DNA of 64,000 bases from Lytechinus pictus (lineage: Eukaryota). The stretch spans positions 4,216,001 through 4,280,000 of the forward strand of contig NC_087245.1 in the NCBI RefSeq assembly GCF_037042905.1, given 5' to 3'. Each line of letters starts with the position of its first letter. The first letter of the stretch is position 1. Made by a program: the position numbers and the translations under genes. Shown here piece after piece: positions 38,501-49,535 of the stretch. The notes under the pieces are model-generated. The model was not told where the DNA came from. It saw only the letters and a list, made by a program, of their open reading frames with translations, and searched no databases.

Positions 38501-38548
38501 TAAATTCGTTTCCAAAATCATTACAAACAATAAACAAAATGATTTCAT
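28538..38548 (-). CDS. Receptor C: signal - SRCR - WSC - CCP/Sushi - mucin-like stalk - TM - Tyr-rich tail, ~699 aa; paralog of B
   Basis: Exons 38467-38548, 36588-36818, 36035-36139, 32520-32780, 31751-31933, 31011-31115, 30445-30516, 29748-29838, 28538-29507. GT-AG and phase-consistent; total 2100 nt. Same exon count and phases as B; the first exon is 82 nt in both and starts MKS. Confidence 0.88.
29748..29838 (-). CDS. Receptor C transmembrane exon
   Basis: VPITVSVISVVIIAVLATSIFFYFNRMRKT; AG/GTAAG bounded. Confidence 0.85.
31751..31933 (-). CDS. Receptor C CCP/Sushi exon
   Basis: FCPEISGVNLNVYGRYRFGDIVRANCSGGKQLMGDAVLQCVGGPDVFQWNGTIPTC. Confidence 0.9.
32520..32780 (-). CDS. Receptor C WSC domain exon (missed by the ORF track)
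   Basis: Hand translation: PKCFRIPGPERNSVKIIEENGKRTNEECLLLCQGDGTLFAAQRDEMCFCFNDSSVLNDADEGCNRPCTGNDRQLCGRGRDVFTVFN. Confidence 0.9.
33324..33601. mobile_element. hAT-like MITE
   Basis: Ends CTGGGGCGGATCCA / TGGATCCGCCAGTG. 8-bp TSD TTCGCTAC/TTCGTTAC. Confidence 0.75.
33809..35991. mobile_element. ~2.2-kb hAT-like non-autonomous element with GCGAGCGCGAAGCGCGAGC subrepeats and nested insertions
   Basis: Ends CAGGGGCGGATCCAG / CTGGATCCCCCTA. 8-bp TSD TATTTACC/TGTTTACC. Confidence 0.75.
34441..34818. mobile_element. TTAA-flanked MITE nested in the 33809 element
   Basis: TTAA|AGGTATTGTTTAAC ... GTTAACCAATCACT|TTAA. Confidence 0.6.
36588..36818 (-). CDS. Receptor C SRCR exon 1 (domain completed by exon 36035-36139)
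   Basis: ALVDGSSTHEGRIEV...WTIDTADRVCQIVGF..A...FGRG. Confidence 0.9.
36878..37131. mobile_element. CACT-terminated MITE, copy 2
   Basis: CACTCTAAAAATATTGGG ... TTTTTACAGTG with a TA TSD. Body matches 27376-27639. Confidence 0.85.
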
Positions 38549-40371
38549 AATTGGAAGTTTGTTGTACACATTCACGAGTTTGCGCCAAAATTATTGTTCT
38601 CAAATGAAGTAAATTGTGAAGGCTTTTCTTTTCTTTATTTCAGATTAAGGTTCCACAGTATATCCATTAGTATACCAAAACACAACTCGACCAATCGACT
38701 AGATCCGTATATATCGTGTTAAAATCTGAACAATCACCACTCTTCCACAGTCCTCTGGAGGCGAAGAAAATTATCGCTTAATGACTATATGAAATATGAC
38801 AGATATACAAAATACTATGACTTCTTGGTCGGTGAGATCTCATGTGCCAGCATGCTGTTTTGGATCTGTGCTTATTGTCAGAGATAAACTGGTTATGTTC
38901 CGGTCTTTTGATGACGATATAACCAGTAAACGATGTCATCGAAGCGGGAAGTTGATCAGAATAGTACTGTTGATCTATTTCTGCCCTTTTTATTGTGCGC
39001 ATTTTAATTAGCCTGGATCCACCCCCCCCTCTGGGTCGTTTGTGGTATCTGTTTCTGTCTCTTCTAACCACTTCCCTCTGTCACTGGAATCTATAAGAGT
39101 AGCTGTAAGCAGAAAAAACCTCACATTTTGCAGGGAAAAGTCTTCTCTATCATGTTTATAGACACTTACCTTTAAAAAAAATCTCTACAACAAAAATGTA
39201 CAATTTCAGGTCAAACGTTACAAGTTAAAAGTCTGATCGGAGATTTAGGGAGACAGAAATTGCATCTCTAACGTATCCAAGTTATTTTGATGTTTCTCTG
39301 TTTCTCTTTAAACGTAAAAAAATTGTAGGTTTACAGAGGTTTAAAAAAAAATATTCCCCTTATATTAAGATTCAGCAAACATGGATATCAGACAGTTCTC
39401 GCCAGAAAGAACCCATTTAAAGGCAGTATACCACACCCACCTTGAAGAGCATCTCGGCTACAGTCATGAGCTCCAACTGTCCTGGAATCCCTCCCCAGAA
39501 TGCAATATTCTGATGATCAGATTGGCATGGTATCATATGCCCATCAGGTAACTAATCTATCTACATTTCCCAACATTCACATCACAAATAACTTCACAGT
39601 TAGAAATAATTACAGTAAGCTTTCAAACAATATGTTGTCTTCCAATAGGTCAAGACAGTGGCAATCGTAAATCATTGCATCAAAATTTCACAGGTATGAT
39701 ATAAAGACAAATGCTCCAAAACAGGGGTCAAATAAGAGGCCAGTCCACAAACGACTGACATTTTGTTTTAATTCCATCGTCTTTGATCGATTCTTTACAT
39801 TTCTAAGGCTTAAAAGAAATGATCGCAAGTGACGGCATGAACTTAAAAAGGAAATATTATGTTGAGTGGTCGGATATATATAGGGAAGTTATACGATGTG
39901 GTTTCGGGAAATGAGCATTAAATAGATGGTCGAAGACATGAATTACTAATCCATAATAATGAGTCAGCTTTCTGATATGATAGACGATTCAGCCGTGACA
40001 GGGCATATTCTAACTACAGAAGCAAACAAACAAAAGAGGCGTAGAGACATATTAGGCGGTTCGATCCCCCCCCCCCCCCCCCCTATTGGCGGAGCAAAAA
40101 AAGGAAAAAGGGGATAGAGAGAAAACAAGAGAAAAGAAGAAAGAAGGAAAAAGAGAGGAGAAAAAAAAGAAGAGAAAAATAAGAGGAAGACGAGTAATAA
40201 CATAAAATTATGATGAGGGGAAGACTTGGAAGAAAAACAAATCTTTCATGTCGCTATATTAAATCCCTTCTCCTCAGTGTGGCATGATTAGTGCTGGCAA
40301 ACATGAATTCCAATAAAGTATATACTACTGTTGCTAACACTATACACTGTTGATGCTGCAACTATATATAA

Positions 40372-40406
<35 letters not shown>

Positions 40407-40411
40407 ATAGT

Positions 40412-40985
40412 CCCGGGGGGGCCACTTACATTGACGAGTGGATACCATGCGCGACCAAAAAAACACGTAAAAAGGATGTCTTTTTCAAGATAGGGCACGT
40501 TACGTACGTAACGTGATAAGGGTGTCAAAAACACAAAAATAATGAAAAAAGGGTATCTATTTCGCTAGGAAAGCTACGTGTTTAGGGTCAAATTTGCGGG
40601 GATGATGAAACAAAATTAAAATGTTGTATAAAGGATGTCCTTTTTGCCCCAACACTACGCGTGTTTAGAGTCCCGATTTGCGCGAGGTGAGGAAAGTGGG
40701 GCCGTATAAACCAAATGGTGTGTAAATTAGGTAAAACCGACGACCGACGGACGCGTGACACAACAATAAAATATCGCTGTATACTTGTTTAGGGGTTCAT
40801 TTCAGGGAATACTTGCCAAGAGTATATTTTTGTTTCCAATACTTGTTAAGGGTAGGGTTTCAGACACCAATACTTGTTAAGGGGTGCATTTTCAGAACAT
40901 GGAAAATACGTGTTTAGGGTGCTTTTCGAGACCCCGTGGTCGCGCATGGTATCCACTCGTCAATGGAAGTGGCCCCCCCCCCGGG
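40412..40985. mobile_element. CCCGGG-terminated MITE with an 8-bp TSD (inverted relative at ~53494-53984)
   Basis: Long TIR CCCGGG(G)nCCACTT.CATTGACGAGTGGATACCATGCGCGACC. Perfect TSD GTAATAGT. Confidence 0.9.
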
Positions 40986-41020
40986 GTAATAGTGTAGTAG
41001 TAGTATAGTAGTAGTAGTAT

Positions 41021-41064
<44 letters not shown>

Positions 41065-41103
41065 GTAATAGCAGCAGCAGCGGTGGTGGTGGTGGTGGTA
41101 GTA

Positions 41104-41157
<54 letters not shown>

Positions 41158-41164
41158 CAGCAGC

Positions 41165-43455
41165 CATGGGCGGAAATCCCAGGGGGGACAGGGGGGACGT
41201 GTCCCCCCTACCAAAAATAGTAGGGGGGACACAATATCAAATGTCCCCCCTACTATTTTTGGTCTTTTATGATGGAGAAAAATGCATGATATGCATCATT
41301 CACATTCGAAATAATACGTGTATTTTGGACTAAATGACCTTACATTTTGGGCGAAAACCTTTGTTTTTTTTTTGCTTGTCAAATTTTCCAGAGTAAATAA
41401 AATAAGATGAGGGGAAAACTTGGAAAATAAAAAGAATCTTTCATGTCACTATATAAAATTTTCGCTCGCGCTTCGCGCTCGCATTGCCTGTTAGGTGATT
41501 TTTCAATATGGAGCTTAAATATCATGTTTGGAAGTCAATATACATTATACATATTTCACCTCGGAAATCAAACTTTCATTATTTTGTGTGATTTACAAAC
41601 GGATTTAAAAAAAAGTGATCTGTAAAAGGTACATTATTATGGTCTGAATATTGACATTTTCTACTCGCACTGAGCGCTCGCAAAATTCGATTTATTCAGT
41701 ACCTATTATTTTTGTGTATTCCATTTAGTTTGAAAATATCCCTTTTCAAGTCTGATTGTCAAAACGTAGCAGATAGTGCTACTCGTATTTTGATAGGCGA
41801 TCTATGTATGTCTTAATATTGATTTTCATGACAGTTTATCAAAGATTTTGGCTCGCGATTTGCGCTCGCATTGATGGTTAAAATGTTTTAACTGATGCAT
41901 TCTATTCCTAATTACAAAAGTGCTTGAAATGTCCAGTTTCCAGGCCATAATATCATCAGATTCTCGCCCGCATTATGCACTAATAAATAAGATATCAATT
42001 TAATGATTAAATTGTCCCTTTTGTTTCATCTTGCGCTTTATAAGAGGAAGAGGAAGATAGTCATCATTTTCATATGACTTGTCCTAAGGATGTCACGGTC
42101 CTATGTCAAAACTCAAATAATAATGAAAAATATCAGCTCTTTATTAAGTGTGATCCATATCCACCTCACAATTTTCCTACAAAGTGCTTGAAATATATAG
42201 CTGAAATTGACTCTTTTTTTCAGATCGGAATATCAAATAGTTTAAACTCGTGCTTCGCGCTCGCTGATAGATGTGTAAAATGCCGAGATTCTAGGTCTAA
42301 ATCTGTAACACGCTCATGTTTATTCAGATATTCAATTTGTTCTCTATTTAAATCATTATCCAGTTTCAGATCACAATATCAAAAATTTTCTGCTTGCGCT
42401 TTGTGCTCGCATTATTAATGTAGAAAGATCCCCTATTACTCATCCTTTTCATGATTTACAAAACATAAGTAGAGTGTCCCGTTTTTAGGTCTAAATCTCG
42501 AATTTTTCTGCTCAAGCTTCGATTACATCAATTGTTTAGTTATATAGCTACCCTGTTCACGATTACTAAATTTGATTAAAATTTTCGATTGTTTTTGAAA
42601 AAATGTCAAAAATTTTTAGCTCGCGATTCGCGCTAGCATTGATTGTTGAAATATGTAACGTCTTCATGGCTAAGTGCAAGCAGTCCTTAACAAGTACCCT
42701 TTCGATCAATTCAAATTAAACGTATATGAACATTTTCTGGCTGCATTTTGCACTCGCTTTATTAATGTAAGGACCGGGTGTAAGAAAGACCCCAATTACT
42801 CATCCTTTTCATGATTTACAAAAAATGAACAGAGTGTCTCGTTCTTAGGTCTAAATCTCAAAACCTTCCGCTCGTGCTTCGCGTTCGCATCAATTGTTTA
42901 GTTAGATACCTATTATATGTTTAAGTTACAAAAAGTGCTTAGAATTTCCAGTCTTTAGGTAAAAATTTCAAAAAAATTCAGCTCGCGCTTCGCGCTCGCA
43001 TTATTTGATTGTTGAAATATGTAACGTCTTCATGGCTAATTGCAAGCAGTCTTTAACAGGTACCTTTTCCATCAGTTATCCTCTGTTCGCACTTCGCGAT
43101 CGTAGTAAATATTTAGTTGTATATACATCTTTTTCAGGATAACAAACATTGCCCAGAATGTTCAAATTTTAGAAAAAAAATACATAAATTTTCCAAAAAA
43201 AATTTGCTCGCGCTTCGCGCTCGCATTATATAAATAAGGACAACGATATCATATATTTATGTTGATTTATAAGGATAAAGCTAAAAAGTGACCATGAGGA
43301 CTACTCCTTCAATGAAACAGACAAAAATTACCTTCGAGCTGCCGATCGGGGATTAACATATGACTGAAAATGTTTTCGCCCCCCCCCCCCTATTGGCGAA
43401 GACTGGATCAGCCCCTGTTGTCCCCCCTACCTTTCGGGACAGATTTCCGCCCATG
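41165..43455. mobile_element. 2.3-kb non-autonomous hAT-like element with GCTCGCGCTTCGCGCTCGC subrepeats
   Basis: TIR CATGGGCGGAAATC / GATTTCCGCCCATG. Perfect 8-bp TSD GCAGCAGC. Internal sequence is homologous (inverted) to 33809-35991. Confidence 0.88.
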
Positions 43456-43463
43456 GCAGCAGC

Positions 43464-43531
<68 letters not shown>

Positions 43532-45173
43532 AGTTTTGTTTCTCCTTTCTCTACTTTTTCTGTACAGTATAGTTAAAAAGTGTGTTAACCTCCAGAAAAT
43601 AAGGATGTCACAAAGCAAGTTGGCGAATGAGGGAGTTGGGAGGCGAGGGGTAGAAATGGCGGGAGGAAAAAAGTCGCTGTGGAAGGGGTAAAGTATACAT
43701 GTACATCAGTACATGTATATCTTTACCTCCGATGACAAATCATTGGTCGGATTTGGTGGATCATAATTATATAGTAAAATTTATTTAGTTCGATTATACC
43801 TTCTGGCAATACGAGAGATGTTCGAATTCAAAGGTTTAAAATAACCATAAAAATGAATAAAAGTGAGGTGCCTTGTGCCCGAGCGCACCTACAATTGTAT
43901 AAAATCATTGTAAGAAAAGTCACATAGTGTACTTAATATTTCTACTTGTTTATCGTTATTATAAACATCAGTACACTCATTCTGATTTATCATTTCCGAA
44001 AATTTCATAATCGAAACCGATACACATTTTTTGTTGTTGCTGAATTCGTGAAGTTTCAAATATATCCAGATATAGTAACAAGCTTTATTCGGGATAACAC
44101 ACGAACGCGGAAGAGCTTTTCATATAATAGACCTAATGCTCAAAATCATATTTAATGGAGATCATATCGTATTCAGTCTGAGACTGATGATGAAAACCAA
44201 TCAGAGAATAATATCTCTAATCATGAGTGTCTACCTCGGGGGGGGGGGGGGGTAGGGATGGGGATATAGGCCCTCCAAATATTTCAGGTGGGGGTGGTCC
44301 GTGTTATCATTCCAAATATAAATATAAGTTCGAACATCATTTTTTGATGAAACATTTGACAAGAATAATTATGATGATAAGCAGGGATTCAAAATGATCT
44401 TGAAATTCTTGATCATTATATGAAGGCAGTACTGCCTGTTGTATACTGGTATACGCTTGGTGACCAAGTTCTCTTTCCTCTCGGAGTTTTGAGATAATAA
44501 TTGGCTTCCAGTTTATATTTTAGAAATGGATGTCGATCTGTGTTCACGGCCTTTTGGGGGGATGATCGAGTGTCACACACACATTTTGTTCTCTGTAAAG
44601 GAATTTTTTGGGCCGGGGGTGGGGCAGTGGCTTGGCGAGTCTAAAAAATTATGGGGCGCCAGACATGGCGTAAAGGAAAAATGCCGCGAGAGGGTGAAGA
44701 GAATGAGCCAATTAAAATGTTGACCTTTTTAATGCAAAAATCTAATATTGTGATAGATTTTGACATTTCACCCTTTTTCTTTTCTTTTCCTTTCTTATCT
44801 TTCTAAGTCGTGAAATTTTTTGTGGTCCGTGTCCCCAAAGCGAAAGCCCCACATCTATATGCCGGGGGTATTAATATAAGACTGAAGTTTTAAGTTCATG
44901 TTTGTTAGCTATATTTTTAAAGGAATATTTCTGTAAGGACTAGATCAATATTCAGGTCGCCGAAGCTCGAGCTGCCATATTATTTTTTCTAAAGATTTAC
45001 CTGATACGAGCGGCCATATTGAAGACTCTTGGTTGTTCTAAATGTCCCTTTTATACTTTATTTCGAATTTCAATTCTCATTGCTTTCTTATGGTCTCCTC
45101 TTAGTTTACATTATAAACCGGGATAAATAATATAGGCCTTGTAACAAAATGAATAAGGGTGGTAAAGTAAACG

Positions 45174-45697
45174 CCCGGGGGGGCGGGGGCACTCGACCAA
45201 AAAAGTAGTAGGTGTGTGCCGCGGGCGAGACAAAAACGCGGGGGCCTTGGAGCGGGCTTATTGCAAAAAGGAGGGTCCTCGGAACGGGCTTCGGAACTAC
45301 AAATGTTTGTGAAAACGGGGGTCCTTGGAACGGGTCGCCTGCGTTTGAGTGCGTATATCCCTATGGAACGTGCATGCAGCTAGCCCGGCGGCACGACTGC
45401 CGGGCGCGCTAGCGCGGAGGCGATGGTCGGACAGCGCTCTGCGGCCGCTTTTCACCAAAATTGCGACCGGAACGGCGTAACGGAAAATATGCGAAGCTTT
45501 GGAGCGGATATCTTTCTTCTTTTTTTCTCGCTAAGAAGAAAATGCTATGCTTTGGAGCGGCTTTCTTTGTTCTTTTTCTCAATAAGACAAAAATGCTATG
45601 CCTTAATGGAACGGAAATTTGAGTGTAAAAATGGGGGTCCCCTCCGCGACACATACCCACTATGCATTATATACTGAGTGCCCCCCCCCCCCCGGGG
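45174..45697. mobile_element. GC-rich CCCGGG-terminated MITE with an 8-bp TSD
   Basis: CCCGGG(G)n..CACTC / GAGTG(C)nGGGG ends. TSD AGTAAACG on both sides. Confidence 0.85.
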
Positions 45698-46316
45698 AGT
45701 AAACGGTTCACGTACCCCATATGCGCTTTGTTGCGGAGAGGAGTGATTAAATTTAAAAGATAAAGTCATATACAAATTTTTCCCCCTTTTCCAGTCTGTT
45801 TCTACCAATTTTTGTTTAAAGGAACATGGTTTTGTTCAATAACAATAAACATAATAATTCAGGAATTCCGTCAAAATATCTTGATTTGTAGCCTATAGCA
45901 ACTGATTAAAGCATGATTAAAGTAACCGAGAATATTGCATTCAGCGCCGATATCCAGTTGGCCCCTCCCCCTCCCATTGTCTTCTGCTGTACCTTTGACC
46001 CCGCACCAATGCACAGCTGACATGTGTACTTGTTACTACGCAGAGAAATACTTCGGTCCCATGCGTTTCGATTCATGTAGAGTCAACTTGCAACTTTAAG
46101 AACGCTATTGAATTCAAGTAATGTTTTCGAAGTTTTAAAAGCTAGAAAATTGGAATTGAGCTTGCCTACACAGAGCACATTCCTGCCAGCCTTGTGTGAA
46201 CAAACAACGCCATTATTTTACCCGGTGATATGGTGAGTTAAGACTTGTTTTATCGTCGGCCTATGTGAAATGAAGATTTTAACTTGAGTCGTGAGACCGA
46301 GTTTCTGAGTTGAACT

Positions 46317-46762
46317 TAGACAGCTGGCAGCCGTCTGTTTCGAGGAGTTTTTTAACTTTTTTTTTTTTAATTTCTCCTCGTACACAGACGGCTCGCTAGC
46401 GTGCAGCCACCATTAGGGGACTTGCAATGCAAAATCCCCCCATCGGGGCTCTTCAATTTTTGTCTTTACTGAATAAAAATTTTGAAAATTAACGCGACCA
46501 AAATGCAAATTAATATTCCCTCTTGGCATTAATTGCCAAAAAACAGAGAAAAATCAAGTTAAAAGGAACAAAAACAGTGACTTACCTCGGCTGTCGCGCA
46601 AATTCACTTCCCCGTTTTATCCGATCTTAAGTACATAAACATATGGCCATTGAGTCCCCTGTACAGATCGCGCTAGAACTTCGGTCTCTGTATTTGGTGA
46701 GTGAAGCCAACAGAGTTCAGCTGAACAACCAACATAACAGAGAGACCGAAGCTTTTGGTCTA
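46317..46762. mobile_element. 446-bp insertion with TAGAC/GTCTA ends and a 9-bp TSD
   Basis: TSD AGTTGAACT at 46308-46316 and 46763-46771. The empty site is visible in the adjacent tandem duplicate (~46877-46885). Confidence 0.85.
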
Positions 46763-47142
46763 AGTTGAACTAACCCAGGGTCAGACATTATTTCACCGGG
46801 TGATATGGTGAGTTAAGACTTGTTTTATCGTATGTGAAATGAAAATTTTAACTTGAGTCGTGAGACTGAGTTTCTGAGTTGAACTAACCCAGGGTCAGAG
46901 CCGGAGCCCAGGACTAAGCCACTCACACGTATTGCGAGGTTAGTATTAGTATACTAACCTCGCACCACGAACCGCGTTTGGCAGTGGATTTCTAACTAGT
47001 GGGTCGCGCGTGCTGGGATCTCAGTCTCGCTTCTTGGGTCCACAACACACGACTTCTATGGCTTGAATTTTCTGTGCGCGGCGGCATGTAATGAACCCTT
47101 GGGTGGGACTAAGCAGGACTCGTCCGTGTAATACGAGGCGGA

Positions 47143-47551
47143 CATATGCTTTCCAAAATGGGGTAGAATGGCCATGGGGTCGCAATAACACTCCAAATAA
47201 AAGGGGGGAAAATAAATTATGCACTTACCTCGATTATATGGATTATGGATGAAGGTCTATCCTGAGACACAGAATCCTGACATCGAGGCACAAACTGGAC
47301 CCTCAAAAAAGGAAAAGTTAGACCTGTCACGTTCGATTTCGATCGGCCATTTTGTTTTCAATTTTGACAGAGGGAGAACGAACGAGACAGAACTTTTCCT
47401 TTTTTTGGGGTCCAGTTTGTGCCTCGATGTCAGAATTCTGTGTCTCACGATAGACCTTCATCCATATAATTGATAGAGGTAAGTGCATAATTTATATTTT
47501 CCCCTTTTGAGTGCTATTGCGACCCCATTCTACCCCATTTGGAGAGCATAT
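47143..47551. mobile_element. Foldback/palindromic MITE with ~185-bp arms
   Basis: Left arm ..GATGAAGGTCTATCCTGAGACACAGAATCCTGACATCGAGGCACAAACTGGACCC.. is the reverse complement of the right arm. Confidence 0.85.
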
Positions 47552-48284
47552 ATCAATAAAATTTAACATCGAAATCTCATCACTTTTGTAATTTGTTATC
47601 AATCGTCAAAATTCACATGCAAACGCCACAGGTTAGGAGCTCCCGGGATAGCTAACGTGTACACATAGTACTAACATGGAAAATGGCAGAGATTATAAAA
47701 AGTATTTTGCAATGATGTGGGTGCAATATGGAAATCTTGAATTAAAGAAAATATCTTTGAAACAGTTGTCATTATTACCCCCCCAAAAAAATTAATTAAA
47801 TGTACAAAGTTAAATAGATCTTACGTGAATTCTTTTAAGTAGTTTTTCTAAATTAAAAATAGAGATTGAAAAATGACAATTTTCTGGCAATTTTATTTTC
47901 CACACCTAAAGGGCATGTACACTAATAAAAAATATGCCCAAAATTCATATTTTTGAGCGATCTGGTGAATGAATACAAAAATGATCCCCATTCCCCAAGT
48001 TACTAATGAAAAGTAAATTGCAACTGTATGGAAATTAGTGATAGTGATATTTTAATGAACTTTTTAAGTGTGTGCTGTGTACTGCATTGCCATTGGCATA
48101 CATTCCCCACAGGCAGGGTAGTTGCAGCATGCAGTGAACAAGAGGTCTAATCTAGCCATCTGGCTCCCATAATCTAGATCTAGAAAAAAAGTCAGTCTAT
48201 TTGTCAGGGATATGCTCTGCAGAGTCTTTGTTTTGCTTCGCGTCATCCCCTAGCAGGAGGACTAAAAAATCAGAAAATGTTTAA

Positions 48285-48870
48285 AGGACAAATCCACCCC
48301 AACAAAAAGTTGATTTGAATAAAAAGAGAAAAATCGAACAAGCATAATACTGAAAATTTCATCAAAATCGAATGTAAAATAAGAAAGGTATGACACTTTA
48401 AAGTTTCGCTTAATTTCACAAAAGAGTTATATGCAGATCCTGGTCGGTATGCAAATGAGGAGACTGATGACGTCATTTACTCACTATTTCTTTTGTATTT
48501 ATGAAATATTCTGATTTTATCCTCATTGTTAAGTGATACAACAATTAATTCCTCCCTGAACATGTGGAATTAGTATTGTTTAATACTATATGGTTCAGTC
48601 AAGTTGGTCCTTATTGTCAAATCTATAAAAAAATGAAATACTAGTATTGTATAATTCAAACAATAAAAAACAAAAGAAATAGTGAGTGATGGACATCATC
48701 GACTGACTCACCTAGTTGTGCATATCACTGTTTTGTGAAGAATAAGCGAAATTTAAAAATGTCATAACTTTCTTATTTTACATCCGATTTTGATGAAATT
48801 TTCAGCACTGTGTTGGTTTGATTTTTCTCTATTTATTTAAGTCAGCATTATCCTGGGGTGATATTGACCT
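48285..48870. mobile_element. TTAA-flanked MITE (Kolobok-like), copy 2
   Basis: Colinear with 5644-6226; TTAA flanks. Confidence 0.9.
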
Positions 48871-49535
48871 TTAAAAATTCATACGAAACTGCAGATTTTT
48901 CAGTCTGATCTAGATCTATCAATAATTATCATGTCTGAGAATTTGAACGATGACTTCAAGATCGGAGCCCAAATAAAGCTGTTTCCGATCGCGATATTCG
49001 GAAAAACCATGGGCATGTTGTCGACCTTGAATTGTGATTGACAGACATTTGCGAACAATTTGAATACTTATAGGGAAATGGTCAACTGGTGCGAAACTGC
49101 ATTAAAACTAAAAGCCATTAGCGCCAATCTTTTGATACATCCAATTTCGAAATCCAATCTGACTTTAATCTAATTAATCTAAAGATATAAAGGGATGTAT
49201 ATTAATGAATCTACCCAGCATTCCTCAAATTGGTAAGAATCCTACACAAGATGTCAAAAGACAAAATTAGAGTGATCATGAAATTGAAATGCATTTATGG
49301 ATGTACATGGAGGATAATATTTAAAAACAAAATTTCATTATAATTTTTCAATTTTTGTTGTTTAGATTTGGTTTTAGGGGATGGAGTATTCTGCAATGAA
49401 TTGAGCCCAATGCAATGGATACTTTTTTTTTCATTTATTACTTTGGAAATACAGGTATCAGGCACCAAGAGCTCATTTTCATCAAGGGGATGAAGCACTG
49501 CCCTAAGAGAATCATTTGCCATTAGAACAGAGACC

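Larger units (their letters stand above)
40371..43531. repeat. (TAG)n microsatellite split into three blocks by two transposon insertions
   Basis: TAG runs at ~40371-40411, ~40994-41160 and ~43464-43531. Confidence 0.9.

Noticed and set aside
40892-43618. Poly-T/L/V ORFs resembling mucin or TM proteins, and possible transposase in the 2.3-kb element
   Set aside because: These are microsatellite translations; the element has no long ORF or transposase motif.
45212-45808. GC-rich region with several overlapping ORFs, possible CpG-island gene
   Set aside because: Mostly inside a MITE delimited by TIRs and an 8-bp TSD.
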